In this document: one piece after another, positions 12,333 through 25,699 of the stretch
Layout of the letters: each line of letters starts with the position of its first letter
Numbering within the stretch: the first letter of the stretch is position 1
Assembly (NCBI RefSeq): GCF_004010195.1
Contig: NC_057751.1
Location: 19,559,994-19,621,993 of the forward strand
DNA length: 62,000 bases
Source of the DNA: Chiloscyllium plagiosum
Taxonomy: Eukaryota
Reading direction: 5' to 3'
Notes under the pieces: model-generated
Database searches by the model: none
Told to the model about the DNA's origin: nothing
The model's input: the letters and a program-made list of their open reading frames with translations, nothing else
Position numbers and translations under genes: made by a program

Positions 12333-13110
12333 ATCATAGAGTCCTACAGCATGGAGACAGGCCTTTCAACCCAAACTGGTCCATGCCGACCAAAATGTCC
12401 ATCCACAGTAACCCCATTTCCCTGCACTTGGCCCATATCCTTCCAAACCTTTCCTATCCATGTATTTGTCCAAATGCTTTTGAAATGTTGTCAATGTACC
12501 TGCCTCAACCAATTCCACTTCCAAATGTGTACCACCCTCTATAAAAAGACAATGCCCCTCAGGTTCTCTTTTATTCTTTCCCCTCTTACCTTAAACTGAT
12601 GCTCTCGAGTCCTCGATTCCCCAACCCTGGGAAAAAGACTGAGTGCATTCACCCTCTCCATGCCTCTCATCACCTTATAGACTTTTATAAAATCTCCCCT
12701 CAGTCTCCTATGCTCGAAAGAAAAAAAGTCCCAGCTTATCCAATCTCTCCCTATAACTCAGACCATCGAATCCTGACAACATCCCTGTAAATTTCTTCTG
12801 CACTCTTTCCACTTTAATAACATTCTTCCTACAGCAAGGTGTCTAAAACTGAACACAATACTCCAAGTGCAGCCTCACTAACGTTCTGTACAACTGCAAC
12901 ATAACTTCCCAACTTCTATATTCAATGCCCTGACTGAAGAAGGCCACTGTGCCAAAAGCCTTCTTCACTGCCCTGCCTACCTGTGACTCCACTTTTAGAG
13001 AACTGTGCATCTGAATTCCAAGGTCCCTCTGTTCCACTACACTCCTTATGACCTTACCACTCACCATGAAACTCCTACCTTGATTTGACTTTCTAAATTG
13101 CAACACCTCA
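12333..13110 (-). mobile_element. CR1 LINE 3' fragment
   Basis: QRDLGI...LYRTLVRLHLEYCVQF in ORF 12843-13106; reverse-complement tail atcatagagtc. Confidence 0.85.
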
Positions 13111-13996
13111 CATATTTTCAGCTCTGATCCTCAGCATCTGCAGTCCTCACTTTCTCCTTTATTTACTCTGTGCCAGTTTGCCCATGGCTCAGGTAGTAAT
13201 CCTGAGATTACTATCTTGTAGGTTCTGCTTTTTAACTTAGTCCCTAATTGTTCAAATTCTTTCATCAGAAACTCCTTTCCAGTCCTATCAGTGTTATTGA
13301 TACCAATTTGGATGACGACAACTATATCCCTCCCCTCCCACTCCAAGTTCCTGCCGAGCGTTGAGGAGATTAACGCTGGCAGCAGGCAGGCAACACAGCC
13401 TTGGAACTCACACCCATGGCTGCAGAGATCAGTATCTATCCCCTTAATTTTACAGTATCCTTCCACTACTACATTTATATTTCCTCCTCCCACTGTCCTT
13501 GCATTCCCCACTCTGGTCTACACACTTTCAAGAGTGTTGCAACTGTTGGACAACTGCAGGGCCTGAGGTTCCTTGAGAACTACCCCTTAGGTTGCCATAC
13601 CTGACTCACCTACAGTAACAACCTCTGTCCCTGTTCACAGACTAAATTTTAATTATCCAGTCTGAGAGGTGCCACCTCCCTCCCACCCCAAAGCAAAATG
13701 TCCAGGTAAGTTTCTTAGATGTGGTACAATGTCTGCAGCTGTGGACTACAGCTCCTCAACTCAGATCCACAGTACCGCGAGCTTCGAACACTAACTACAG
13801 ATATGTTTGGCTGGATTACCTTGGTGTTCAGCATCCTGCATGTGCTGCAGCAGCAATACATTACCAGTCCTGCCATTTCTATTGTAATGTAATGTCATAT
13901 AGTTAATGAATTACTCCTTTAGAATCTCTGCTCTTTGCACTTAAATCCCCTGCTCTTTCTTTACAATGTAATGTTTTTATACAGTATCAATCTTAC

Positions 13997-14380
13997 ATAG
14001 AGTCATAGAGATGTACAGCACAGAAACAGACCCTTTGGTCCAACCCGTCCATGCCGACCAGATATTCCAACCCAATCTAGTCCCACCTGCCAGCACCCGG
14101 CCCATATCCCTCCAAACCCTTCCTATTCATATACCCATCCAAATGCCTCTTAAATATTGCAATTGTATCAGCCTCCACCAGTTCCTCTGGCAGCTCATTC
14201 CATACACGTACAACCCTGTGTGTGAAAAAGTTGCCCTGTAGGTCTCTTTCCCCTCTAGTTCTGGACTGCCCGATCCCAGGGAAAAGACTTTGCCTATTTA
14301 CCCTATCCATGCCCGTCATAATTTTGTAAACCTCTATAAGGTCACCCCTCAGCCTCTGATGCTCCAGGGAAAACAGCCCC
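13997..14380 (-). mobile_element. CR1/HER1 LINE 3' fragment
   Basis: RLRGDLIEVYKIM...VWNELPEE; tail catagagtcatagag. Confidence 0.9.
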
Positions 14381-16179
14381 AAAATGGATGCGAGACCCAA
14401 ACATAAACTGAAGACCTTATTTTCATTTTAAAGATGAGAAATATTCACCAGCCAACTGCTTTCTCTCTTCTTGTGTCACATTATGGATCGTTATGATTAA
14501 TAACCTTGGCCACTCATCTCTCACTGTGGAGACATTCCTTCTTGCAGTAAACCTTACTGAAAGTACCTGTTCCACTTCGCAAGGAATTCCCACTTTGAAC
14601 CAAATTCCCAGAAAATACTCACTGGTCCTCTGTCTCACTCAGGCAAAGTCTCCCTCACACTGACAATGTTCCTTACTCTAGGGATTGATGGATACGCTGC
14701 AAATAAATGAACAATTTTGACAATGGCTCCGGAGCTGAAACATTAATCTTTCTCTCTTCCCTCAATAAATACTGGCTGACCTATCTGGTGTCCCCAACAT
14801 TTTCTATTTAATTTCAGGTTTCCAGAAGCTGTAGCTTTTGTGTTTTTGATTATCCTGCATAAAACCGTTTTGCTTAGAGGAGACATTTTCTTTACAACAT
14901 CATATTAAGAACATAAGAATATGTCGGAACAGAAAATGCCCATGACATCCAACAACATTATCCCTCTTAGGGGTACGGCTGAACAAGCTTAGCAACAGAG
15001 CTTGAGATGATGTTATAAGTTATGTAGAGAATAACGGCAGTTTTGAATTCCTTAAGAATTGGAAGATGCTGTGGAAGATGCTTAGGTCTTGCATTACACT
15101 TTTGAGATATTCTGTGTTTTAAAGAAGAAAATAAATCCCTATTTTTAATTACATAATAATCTTCTAAGTGGACCAATCTGGCCAACAATAAGTTGCCCCA
15201 GTGTCAATAAACCAATGAAGAAAGAATCTAAAGTGTCCTCCTTTAAAGGGGCTCAAATGATACAAAACTAACTCGTGCAGATGAAAGGAAACTTCTCAAT
15301 TGAAATTAGAATGTTTCCACCCATGTTAGCAGTACATGTGAGCACTTCAAGAGTCACCAGTTGCAGAAGGCCTTGAGTGTACTGGCAGACACTGCATGCT
15401 CCCTCTCCAGGACATTGACAAGTCCATGGGTGTGATGGGTTTCTGCTTCTCAGTTGAAATCTGATATTGAAACTGTTTATTAAATTTACTGAGATATCTG
15501 GTGGTCAGTCTTGCAAATGGACTCTGGAGAGCCATGGACAAAGGAGGCAAAATATATAAATGGTGAACAAAAGCAGGAATTCAGGAAATGCACAGTGAGT
15601 GAGCAACTGGAAAAGAAAAAGGCACTTTTGGATATGTGCCCTTCATTTGAATTAAAGGCTCCATGATAAGCAGGCAAACGATTGCTCTTGCTTTATATTT
15701 TTGTAACTCATTCAGGCGATGTGATTTCTCTGGCTGGGCCAGCATTTATCGCCTTTCCCTGATTGCCCTGAGTGGAGTTAAGAGTCAACAACGTTGCTAA
15801 GGGTATGGATTCAAGAAGAATGTGGGACCTGAAGGGGAAACCAATTAGAGTGGAGAACGATGTGTGAAGGGTTAAGAGTGCAGGGAAAGTAAAATTGGGT
15901 AGCCGATGTTCAATGAAGTATATTGCATACTTTAATGTTGTACTGTAAAATACTATGAACAATATTTTTTGTTTGGTGCTGTTGGTCTGGACTCTAAGAG
16001 AGTTCACTGCTCTTTCTCTAATCATACAATAATATCTTTGATAGTCACCCAAACAGGCAGATAGACCTGTAATGGCTGTTCTGATGGTGCAGCAATCCTT
16101 GACTGGGGGTGTCAACCTCACAAGCCTCTGGGATGAAACTTGAACCCACAGCTACCTAAACCAAAGACTTTTACACAAG

Positions 16180-17232
16180 AATCAGTGCTGGGTCCGCAGC
16201 TTTGACATTTATATCAATGATTTGGATGTGAATATAGGAGGTATGGTTAGTAAGATTACAGATGACACCAAAGTTGGAGGTGTAGTGGACAGTAAAGAAA
16301 TTATCTCAGAGTACAACAGGACCTTGATCAAATGGGCCAAGATGTGGCAGATTGAGTTTAATTTAGGTAAATATGAGGTATTGCATTTTGGTAATACAAA
16401 GAAGGACTGAACTTATACACTTAATGGTGGAATCCTGGGAGTGTTGCTGAACTAAGAGACTTTGGATGCAGGTTTATAGTTCCTTGAACGTTGAGTCACA
16501 GATAGACAGAGTGGTGAAGAAGGCGTTTGGTATGCTTACCTTTATTGGTCAGTGCATTGGGTACAGGAGTTGGGAGGTCATGTTGCAGCTGTACAGGACA
16601 TTGGTTAGACCACTTATGGAATATTGTGTTCAATTCTAGTCTTGGATGTAGGTTTGCTCGCTACAAACCTCAACCTGTGCTACAAATCTTCTCAAAACCC
16701 TCAATTCTAGTCTCCCTGCAATGGGAAGGATATTGTTAAACTTGTAAAGGTGCAAAAAAGATTTACAAGGATGTTGCTGGGGTTAGAGGGTTTGAGCTAT
16801 AGGGAAAGGCTGAATAGGCTGGGGCTATTCTCCCTGGAGCATTGGAGACTGAGGGATGACCTTATAGAAGTTTATAAAATCATGAGGGTCATGAATAAGA
16901 TGAATAGCCAAAGTCTTTTTTCCAGGGTAGGGGAGTTCAAAACTAGAGGGCATATATTTAAGGTGAGAGGGGAAAGATTTAAAGGGACCTGACAGGCAAC
17001 ATTTTTACACAGAAGGTGGTGCATGTATGGAATGAACTGCCAGAGGAAATGGTGGAGACTGGTACAGTTACAAAATTTAAAAGACATCTGGATTGGTACA
17101 TGAATAGGAAAGGTTTAGAGGGATATGGGCCAAATGGTGGCAGATGGGACTAGATTAATTTAGGATATCTGGTCAGCATGGACGAGTTGGACTGAAGAGT
17201 CTGTTTCCGTGAAGTACAACTCTATGAGTCTA
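16180..17232 (+). mobile_element. CR1/HER1 LINE 3' fragment
   Basis: RT motif SKITDDTKVGG and C-terminal RLRDDLIEVYK/TRGH; tail ctctatgagtctatg. Confidence 0.9.
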
Positions 17233-18771
17233 TGCTACCTCGGCCTAGATGATACCTGTTTGCATTTTGTCTGCTGCAGTCATTTCCCAGTCAAAGCAAG
17301 AAGCCTGGTGTTAGGCTCCTAGCAATGCCACCTTGTAGTTCAGAGGTGCAGGAGAATGGCATTTATCTCTGGTATTACTTTCTTTCCATTGGTGATGTGC
17401 TGGTTTTCAGTCAGCAACTGCATCCCTTCCTCTGTGATGTGGATAAACTCAAGGGCGGTTATTGATTTTGTGCGATGGTATGAAATAGCTAATATCAAGC
17501 TAACAATCTGCTTTACATCTTTTCCAATTGTTATTTCTATGACTTCAACGGGAGGGAAGGAAACCAGGCTGCCTGCTCGATATCACCCATTTTACGCAAT
17601 TGTGCAAGGTCAAAATCTATCCCACAGGGTTGCTCTAGATACCTAGTTTGAACTTTGTGAAAGTCTGTGAGGTACCATATGTGTATTAACTCACCTCCTA
17701 TCAATCTAAGATAATAGCACCCGAGTGCATAGCTGAATAGTCCTCACTTCACCGCTTAAATACACACTGAACTTTGAAAAAGCAAATTTCATATAGATCA
17801 GAACATGGTAGAAAGGTACAATTTTCATCACAAATTAACCAATTCAATATAGAGTTAATCAAACACATGTTAAAAAGACCCTGGGATATTCAAACGAGGA
17901 CAGTGTAAGTGTGAGATGTGGGGGTGGGGGCTTTATTTTATGGCAAATAATAGGTTTTAAAAAGGGTTTCAGATTTGATTCCATTAAGTGGAAAAAAACT
18001 GCAAGTAATAAAAATCCCCCATCATGGAACAAGAAAAAAGGAAGGAGCTGTGAGCATGACATGCAGCTGTCACTTTCAATTTCCTAACCAGACCCCAAAT
18101 ATGGTGACAAGAAACAGGAAGTTACAGTGAGGAAGAGCGTTTGAGACAGATTACGAATACCTAATGTAATATGCAACACATAAAAGAGCCCAAACTGCAG
18201 CAGTTCAAATCTCAGCATTCAGTGGGGCAATTGTATCAGTCTTGCAGGAGGGATAATTGTGTTTGAAAATCATTTTTGTAACTTCTTTCTTGTTTGATGC
18301 CTCAGTTTAGGGGACAGATGCCCGACTTCCTCTAAGGCCTCCTGTCCAGGAGCCACTAGGGGGCGCATAGACAGAAGACTTGCCATATTACAGTGTACAG
18401 TAGATGGAATTTGCTTCCAATACTTAGTGTCTGGAGGTTAGAGCGTGTAATACTGTTCCATTCCACCACTTATCACGTTGGAAACAACATGAAATGACAT
18501 CACTGAATTGGAAAATGCTACATGCTATTTGGCTAACAGCTATTTTTCCACCTGAATCCCATTCTTAGTCTCATTCTCCATATTCCTCTTTTCTAAGCAG
18601 CTATTTAGTTGTTTTTGAAAAAGGATTTAGGGTCTCTGTTTCAACATGTGATACCCATAACTATACACAATATTCCAACTGCAGCCTAACGCTTTGTACA
18701 AGTTCGGCATGGCCTTGTTATGTTTGCATTCTCTACCTCTAAATAAAAACAGGATTCTGTTGCTATTTTTG

Positions 18772-19070
18772 GGGGCCACACGGTGGCTCAGTGGTTAGCA
18801 CTGCTGACTGTGTGGAGTTTGCATATTCTTCCTATGTCTGTGTTGTGTTCCTTCAGGTGCTCTGGTTTCCTCCCACAGTCCAAAGATGTGCTGGTTAGGT
18901 GGATTAGCCATTTTAAATTACCCATAGTGTCCAGGGATGTGTAGGCTAGGTGGATTAGCCATGGTAATTGTAGGGTTACAGGATTGGGTCGATCTGGGTG
19001 GAATGCTCTTCAGAGGGTCAGTATAGATTTGATGGATCCAAAGGCCTGCTTCCATACAGTGGGATTCTAT
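18772..19070 (+). mobile_element. HE1-like V-SINE
   Basis: Head ggccacacggtggctcagtggttagcactgctg, V-domain tgtggagtttgca...tcccacagtccaaagatgtg, CR1-derived tail. Confidence 0.85.
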
Positions 19071-19210
19071 GAACAATATTTTGTGACAGAGGATACCATA
19101 TTTTTGCTACTCTATATGCAGAATTTAGTGTCTACTTTGAAACATACTGTCCTATTATTGCTTTTATGACCAACCTTTCACTCTTTACCTCATTATCACC
19201 ATTCATAATT

Positions 19211-19596
19211 AAGTTAAAAATCACACAACACCAAGTTATAGTCCAACAGGTTTATTTGGAAGTACTAGCTTTCAGAGCACTGCTCTTTCATCAGGTAACT
19301 AGTGGGGCAGGATCTAAGACACAGAATTTATAGCAAACCATCCCAGTGTCATGCAATTAAAACAATATATTGAACAAACCTAGATTGCTGTTGTCTTTCA
19401 TCTTTCAGAACGGGTTGCAGGTTTCGGTTCATTAATATGTAAATCGCAGAACTTCTTTTAAGTCACATTCTCGAAATAACTTAAGGTTTTATAAAAAAAA
19501 GTTACATCTCAACTCAGACAATGTATTAAAGGTGTCAGGTTAGAGTCTATCTGTATCCCAATCTTGGGTTAGACTGGTGTCGTATGATCCTGCCAC
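19211..19596 (-). mobile_element. Penelope-like element terminal fragment (family 2)
   Basis: Minus strand ctgatgaaagagcagtgctctgaaagctagtacttccaaataaacctgttggactataac, homologous to 38099-38227. Confidence 0.7.
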
Positions 19597-21085
19597 ATAG
19601 AGTCACAGGGATGTACAGCACAGAAACAGACCCTTCGGTCTAACTTGTCCACGCCGACCTGATATCCCAACTTAATCTAGTCCCATTTGCCAGCACTTGG
19701 ACCATATCCCTCTAAACACTTCCTATTCATATACCCATCCAGATGACTTTTAAATGCTGTAACTGTACCAGCCTCCACCACTTCCTCTGGCAGCTCATTC
19801 CTTTGCATGAAAAAGTTGCCCCTTAGGTCCCTTTACAGTTTTTCCCCTCTCACCCTAAACCTATGCCCTCTAGTTCTGGACTCCCCCACCGCAGGGAAAA
19901 GACCTTGTCTGTTTATCCTATCCAAGCCCCTCATGATTTTATAAACATTTATAAGGTCACCCGTCAGCCTCCAACGTTGGCAACATCCTTGTAAATCTTT
20001 TCTGAACTCTTTCAAGTTTCATAACATCCTTCCAATACAAAGTGATCAGAACTGCATGCAATATTCCAAAAGTAGCCTAACCAATGTCCTGTACAGCCGC
20101 AACATGACCTCCCAACTCCTATAACCAATACTCTGACCAATAAAGGAAAGCATAGCCTTCTTCACTATCCCATCTATCAACAACAATATTTCCAACCTGC
20201 ACTCTAAGGTCTCTTTGCTCAGTAGCATTCCCCAGGACCTTATCATTAAGTATATAAGTCCTGCTCTTTTTTGTTTTTCCAAAATGCAGCACCTCACATT
20301 TATCTAAATTAAACTCCATCTGCCACTTCTCAGCCCATTGGCCCATCTGATCAAGATCCCATTGTAATCTGACGTAAACTTCTTCACTGTCCACTACACC
20401 TCCAATTTTGGTGTCATTTGCAAACTTACTAACTATACTTCCTATGTTCTTATCTAAATCATTTATATAAATGACGAAAAGTAGTGGACCCAGCACCAAT
20501 CCTTGTGGCACTCCACAGGTCACAGGCCTCCAATCTGAAAAACAACTCTTTACCAGCACCCCTTGTCTTCTAACTTTGAGCCAGTTCTGTATCCAAATGG
20601 CTAGTTCTCCCTGTACTCCATGAGATCTAACCTTGCTAACCAGTCTCCCATGAGGAACCATGTTGAACGCCTTACTGAAGTCCATATAGATCACATCTAC
20701 CGCTCTGCCCTCATCAATCCTCTTTGTTACTTCTTCAAAAAACTCAATCAAGTTTGTGAGACATGATTTCCCACACACAAAGCCACGTTGACTATTCCAA
20801 ATCAGTCCTTGCCTTTCCAAATACATGTACATCCTGTCCCTCAGGATTCCCTCAAACAACTTGCCCACCACCGACGTCAGGCTCACCGGTCTATAGTTCC
20901 CTGGCTTGTCTTTACCGCCCTTCTTAAACAGTGGCACCACGTTAGCCAACCTCCAGTCTTCCGACACCTCACCTGTGACTATCGATGATACAAATATCTC
21001 AGCAAGAGGCCCAGCAATCACTTCTCTAGCTTCCCACAGAGTTCTCAGGTACACCTGATCAGGTCCTGGGGATTTATCCACCGTC
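19597..21085 (-). mobile_element. CR1/HER1 LINE with a long reverse transcriptase ORF2 remnant
   Basis: ORF 20119-21090: KSPGPD, NYRPVSLTSVVGK, DFSKAF, GVPQGLVLGPLLF, KFANDTK (catalytic YADD/FADD degenerate). Frameshifted toward the 3' end. Confidence 0.95.
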
Positions 21086-21239
21086 CACAAGTTAGCTAAT
21101 TTTAGTTTCTTCAGAAGAGAAATGATAAAGTAATAAAAGTGATACTTTTCATTATATCTTTAAAACTTCTGACGGTTGTTGCTGTCAAATCACTCCCCTC
21201 TCAGCAGGACAGTCAAGCTGACTTCAGAACGCTACATTC

Positions 21240-21387
21240 ACCACAGGAAGTCCCGCCTTGACTTCGCCTCTATTGGCTGATACGGCAGCGGGCCGCTGGG
21301 ATGTTCAGAGATCAGGTTTGCTGATTGGTGAATGTGCTTTTCATTCAGAAACGATCCTTTTGCTGGTTGTTGAGGCCTGAGTTGCGG
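21240..21387 (+). promoter_or_regulatory. NEMP1: NEMP1 proximal promoter / 5'UTR at a CpG island
   Basis: ETS-like CAGGAAGT (21244-21251), TCCCGCC GC/E2F-like box (21251-21257) and two reverse CCAAT boxes ATTGG (21272-21276, 21324-21328), all directly upstream of the ATG at 21388. CpG-rich from about 21240 to 21750. Confidence 0.6.
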
Positions 21388-21499
21388 ATGGCGGGATGGA
21401 TGAATTTTTTCGGAATTTCTCTGTTGAACGGTCGGCGCGCATCGCTTACTTTAGCGGCTTGTTTCTTTTTAACCATGAGGGTTTGGGTGGCGGCGACAG
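21388..21499 (+). CDS. NEMP1: Nuclear envelope integral membrane protein 1 (TMEM194A), coding exon 1 (signal-peptide-like)
   Basis: MAGWMNFFGISLLNGRRASLTLAACFFLTMRVWVAAT resembles the NEMP1 start MAGGMK plus a hydrophobic segment. Donor ACAG|gtacgg; phase 1 matches exon 2. Confidence 0.82.
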
Positions 21500-21978
21500 G
21501 TACGGAAAATGAATTTTCTGGAACGAGGGTGAAGGTTTGGTTCCGAGGAGAGACTAGTGTCCCAGAGACAAGCTGGCACCGGGACTGCGGAGAGTGGCAC
21601 TTTCTGTGTCGGGGCCTCGTGTGTACTGCCAGTTCTTTCCCTTTGCTCCAGATGTTGTCAGGGTCTGGGTGCAGTTTAAGGATGTTGCACGCCGCGTGTT
21701 TGACAAGTTCTTTCGTTATTCTTGGGAGAGATCTTGGCATCGACCACTCACCCTTTTAAGAAACGCCCCCCCCCAATGAATGGTGATCAGATTTATTGTC
21801 ATCCTGGCTGATGTGGCTGGACTGCACAGGTCAGGAACTAAACCTGAAATCTTGCATGTGACTCAGAATCTGATATATACCCATTTAATTTAAATTATAT
21901 ATTTACCCGTATTAATTTAAGCCCTATTTGTGGATTTGAGGATGTTCTTCAAGCTGGTATTTTGGCATAGTGCTAATT

Positions 21979-23230
21979 AGAGTCATAGAGATGTACAGCA
22001 TGGAAACAGACCCTTCGGTCCAACCTGTCCATGCCGACCAGATATCCCAACCCAATCTAGTCCCACCTGCCAGCACCAGGCCCATATCCCTCCAAACCCT
22101 TCCTTTTCATATACTCATCCAAATGCCTCTTAAATGTTGCAATTGTACCAGCCTCCACCACTTCCTCTGGCAGCTCATTCCATACACATACCACCCTCTG
22201 CATGAAAAAGTTGTCCCTTAGGTCTCTTTTATATCTTTCCCCTCTCACCCTAAACCAATGTCCTCTAGTTCTGGACTCCCTCACCCCAGGGCTGAGACTT
22301 TGTCTATTTATCCTATTCATGCCCCTCGTAATTTTATAAACCTCTATAAGGTCACCCCCTCAGCCTCCGACGCTCCAGGGAAAACAGGCCCAGCCTGTTC
22401 AGCTTCTTTCTATAGCTCAAATCTTCCAACCCTGGCAACATCCTTCTAAATCTTTTCTGAAGCCTTTCAAGTTTCACAACATCTTTCCGATAGGAAGGAG
22501 ACCAGAAATGCACACAATATTCCAACAGTGGCCTAACCAACATCCTGTACAGCCACAACATGACCTCCCAACTCCTGTACTCAATATTCTGACCAATAAA
22601 GGAAAGCATACCAAACACCGCCTTCACTATCCTATCTACCTGCGACTCTACTTTCAAGGAGCTATGAATGTACACTCCAAGGTCTCTTTGTTCAGCAACA
22701 CTCCCTGGGACCTTACCATTAAGTGTATAAGTCCTGCTAAGATTTGCTTTCCCAAAATGCAGCATCTCATTTATCTGAATTAAACACCATCTGCCACTTC
22801 TCAGCCCATTGGCCCATCTGGTCAAGATCCTGGTGTAATCTGAGGTAACCTTCTTCGTTGTCCACTCCACCTCCAATTTTGGTGTCATCAGCAAACCTGC
22901 TAACTATATCTCTTATGCTCGCATCCAAATCATTTATATAAATGATGAAAAGTAGAGGACCCAGCACTGCCTTATTGAAGTCCATATAGATCACATCTAC
23001 TGCTCTGCCCTCATCAATCCTCTTTGTTACTCCTTCAAAAAACTCAATCAAGTTTGTGAGACATGATTTCCCATGCACAAAGCCATGTTGAATATCCCTA
23101 AACAGTCCTTGCCTTTCCAAATACATGTACATCCTGTCCCTCAGGATTCCCTCCAACAACTTGCCTACTACTGATGTCAGGCTCACTGGTCTATAGTTCC
23201 CTGCCTTGTTCTTACCACCCTTCTTAAACA
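21979..23230 (-). mobile_element. CR1/HER1 LINE fragment with an internal deletion
   Basis: RT motifs; DFNKA is joined directly to VLGPLLF at about 22965. FADDTK present; 3' tail at 21979. Confidence 0.93.
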
Positions 23231-25699
23231 GTTGATAGCTGCATTGTCGGATGTATTATTCTTCTGATACAGTGTTAAGTTGAGGCTACACCTGCCTGCC
23301 TGGTGCTTCAGGAATTATCTATGGTGTTCTTCCAGTTGCATGACCAGCATTCCTCCCTTGACCGACACTGCCAGATGCATTGGTCACTTATCCTGTTGTT
23401 GTTTATAGAAGGTTGCTATGGCAAAATGTCTGGCTACTTTTTCAATGTAGATAACTCCATTTGACAGAAATTCCTTCAAGCATTGCTGAGACAAGTTTTC
23501 AGAGTAAGATTCTGTAAGTTGTAAGATGCTTACCAATCATTTGGATATTCAGAATTCATCTTTGGTAACTTCAGTGGAATTCAAACTTGCCATTTGTTTC
23601 TAGTTGTCATAGATTTCATGAAAATAACAGAATATTTTGTGTACTTCAAGATAAACTTTTATCATATTAATCATTTTAATGAACTTCCAAGCTGTTTTAT
23701 TTTATTTTGTTTTTCATTTTTTGAGGGAGGTGGGTGCCACTGGCTAACCAGCATTTACTGCCCATCCTCAGTTGCCCTTGAAAAGGTGGTGATGAGCTGC
23801 AGTCCACCTGCTATGAGTTGACCCACAATGCCATTGGGGAGGGAATTCCAGGGTTTTGACCCAGTGACAGTGAAGAAATGGCGATATATTTCCAAGTCAG
23901 GATGGTGAGTGGCTTGGAGGAGAACTTGAAGGTGGTAGTGTTCTCATATATCTGCTGCCCTTATCCTTCCAGATGGAAGTGGTCCTGGGTTTGGAAGATG
24001 CTGTCTGAGGATCTTTGGTTAATTTCTGCAGTGCATCTTACAGATAGTACAGTTTGCAACTGAGTGTCGATGGTGGAGGGAGTGGATGTGGTGCCTATCA
24101 AGCGGGCTGCTTTGACCTGGATGGTGTCAAGCATCTTGATCGTTGTTGGAGCTGCACCTATCCAGGCAAGTGGGGAGTGTTCCATCACACTCCTGACTGA
24201 TGTCTTGCGATGATGGACAGGCGTTGGGGGGTCAGGAAGTGAGTTACTTGCCGCAGTATTCCTAGCCTCTGATCTGCTGTTGTAGTCACTGTGTTTGTGG
24301 TGAGTTCAGTTGAGTTTCTGATCAATGGTAATTCCCACGATGTTGACAGTGGGGGATTCAGTGGTAACACCGTTGAATGTCAATGGGTGGTGGTTAGATT
24401 GTCTCTTGTTGGTGTTGGCCACAGCCTGGTATTTGTTGTGGCATGAATGTTAGTTGCCACTTGTCAGCCCAAGCCTGGATATTGTCCAGATCTTGTTGCA
24501 TTTGGACACAAACTGCTTCAGTGTCTGAAGAGTCGTGAATAGTGCTGAAAATTATGCAATCATCGGTGAACATCCCCACTTCTGACCTGGAGACTTCTGA
24601 CATCTGAGGGGAAGGCCATTGATGAAGAACTGAAGATGGTTGGGTCCAGGACGCTACCCTGAAGAACATCTGCAGAGATGATTTACCTCCAACAACCCTG
24701 AACCTCTTCCCATGTATCAGGTATGACTTCAACCAGTGGAGAGTTGGAGATAGCCATTGATTCCAGTTTTGCTAGGGCTTCTTGATGCCACACTATTGAA
24801 TACAGCCTTGATGTTAAGGGTTGTCACTCTCGCCTCCCCTCTGGAATTCAGCTCTTTTGCAATATTTGAACCAAGGCTGTAATAAGGTCAGGAGCTGAGT
24901 GGCCCTGGCAGAACCCAAACTGGGCGTAACTGAACAGGTTATTGTTGAGCAGGTGCTGCTTGATAACACTTGTTGACACCTTCCATCACTTTACTGATGA
25001 TCAACAGTAGGCTGATGGGGCAGTAATTAGCTGGGTTGGATTTGTCCTGCTATTTATGTACAGGACATACCTGGGCAATTTTCCACATTGTTGGGTAGAT
25101 GCCAGTGTTGTAACTGTACTGGAAGAGCTTGGCTAGGGGAGCAGCAAGTTCTGGAGCACAAGTCTTCAGTACTATTGTTGGAATGTTATCAGGGCTCATA
25201 GACTTTGCAGTGTCCAGTGCCTCCAACCGTTTCTTGATATCACATGGAGTAAATCAAATTGGCGGAAGACTGGTATGTGTAATGCTGGGGACCACTGGAA
25301 GAGGCCGAGATAGATCAATTCTGGCTGAAGATTGGTGTGAAAGCTTCAGCCTTATCTTTTACACTGATGTGCTGGGCTCTTCCATCATTGAGAATGGGGG
25401 TATTTGTGGCGCCTCCTCCTCCTGTGAGTTGTTTAATTGTCCCCCACCATCCAGGACAGGATGTGGCAGGACTGCAGAGCTTGGCTCGGATCTGATTGTT
25501 GTGGGAGTTGCTTAGCACTGTCTATCATTTGCTGCTGATGCTGTTTGGCATGCAAGCAGTCCTGTTTGGTGGCTTTACCAGGTTGACACCTCATTTTCAG
25601 GTGTGTCTGGTGCTTTTCCAGGCATGCTCTCCTGCACTCTCCATTTTACCAGGGTTGATCCCCTGACTTGATGGTAATAGTTGAGTGGGTGATATGCCG

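Larger units (their letters stand above)
9590..13900 (-). mobile_element. Old degenerate CR1 LINE including an ORF1 esterase remnant (about 13160-13450), interrupted by younger insertions
   Basis: Minus-strand ORF2 remnants (SDHNMVEF endonuclease motif near 11150). ORF1-like VVIQIGINN...LKSRTYKIVISGLLPEP (SGNH-esterase type) in ORF 13131-13511. Boundaries approximate. Confidence 0.65.

Noticed and set aside
20119..21090. 323-aa reverse transcriptase ORF as a functional or domesticated gene
   Set aside because: 5'-truncated CR1 copy with the catalytic motif mutated (FAND) and a frameshift downstream.
21345..21740. 131-aa minus-strand ORF over the NEMP1 CpG island
   Set aside because: Antisense to exon 1/intron 1 in GC-rich sequence; no homology recognised.
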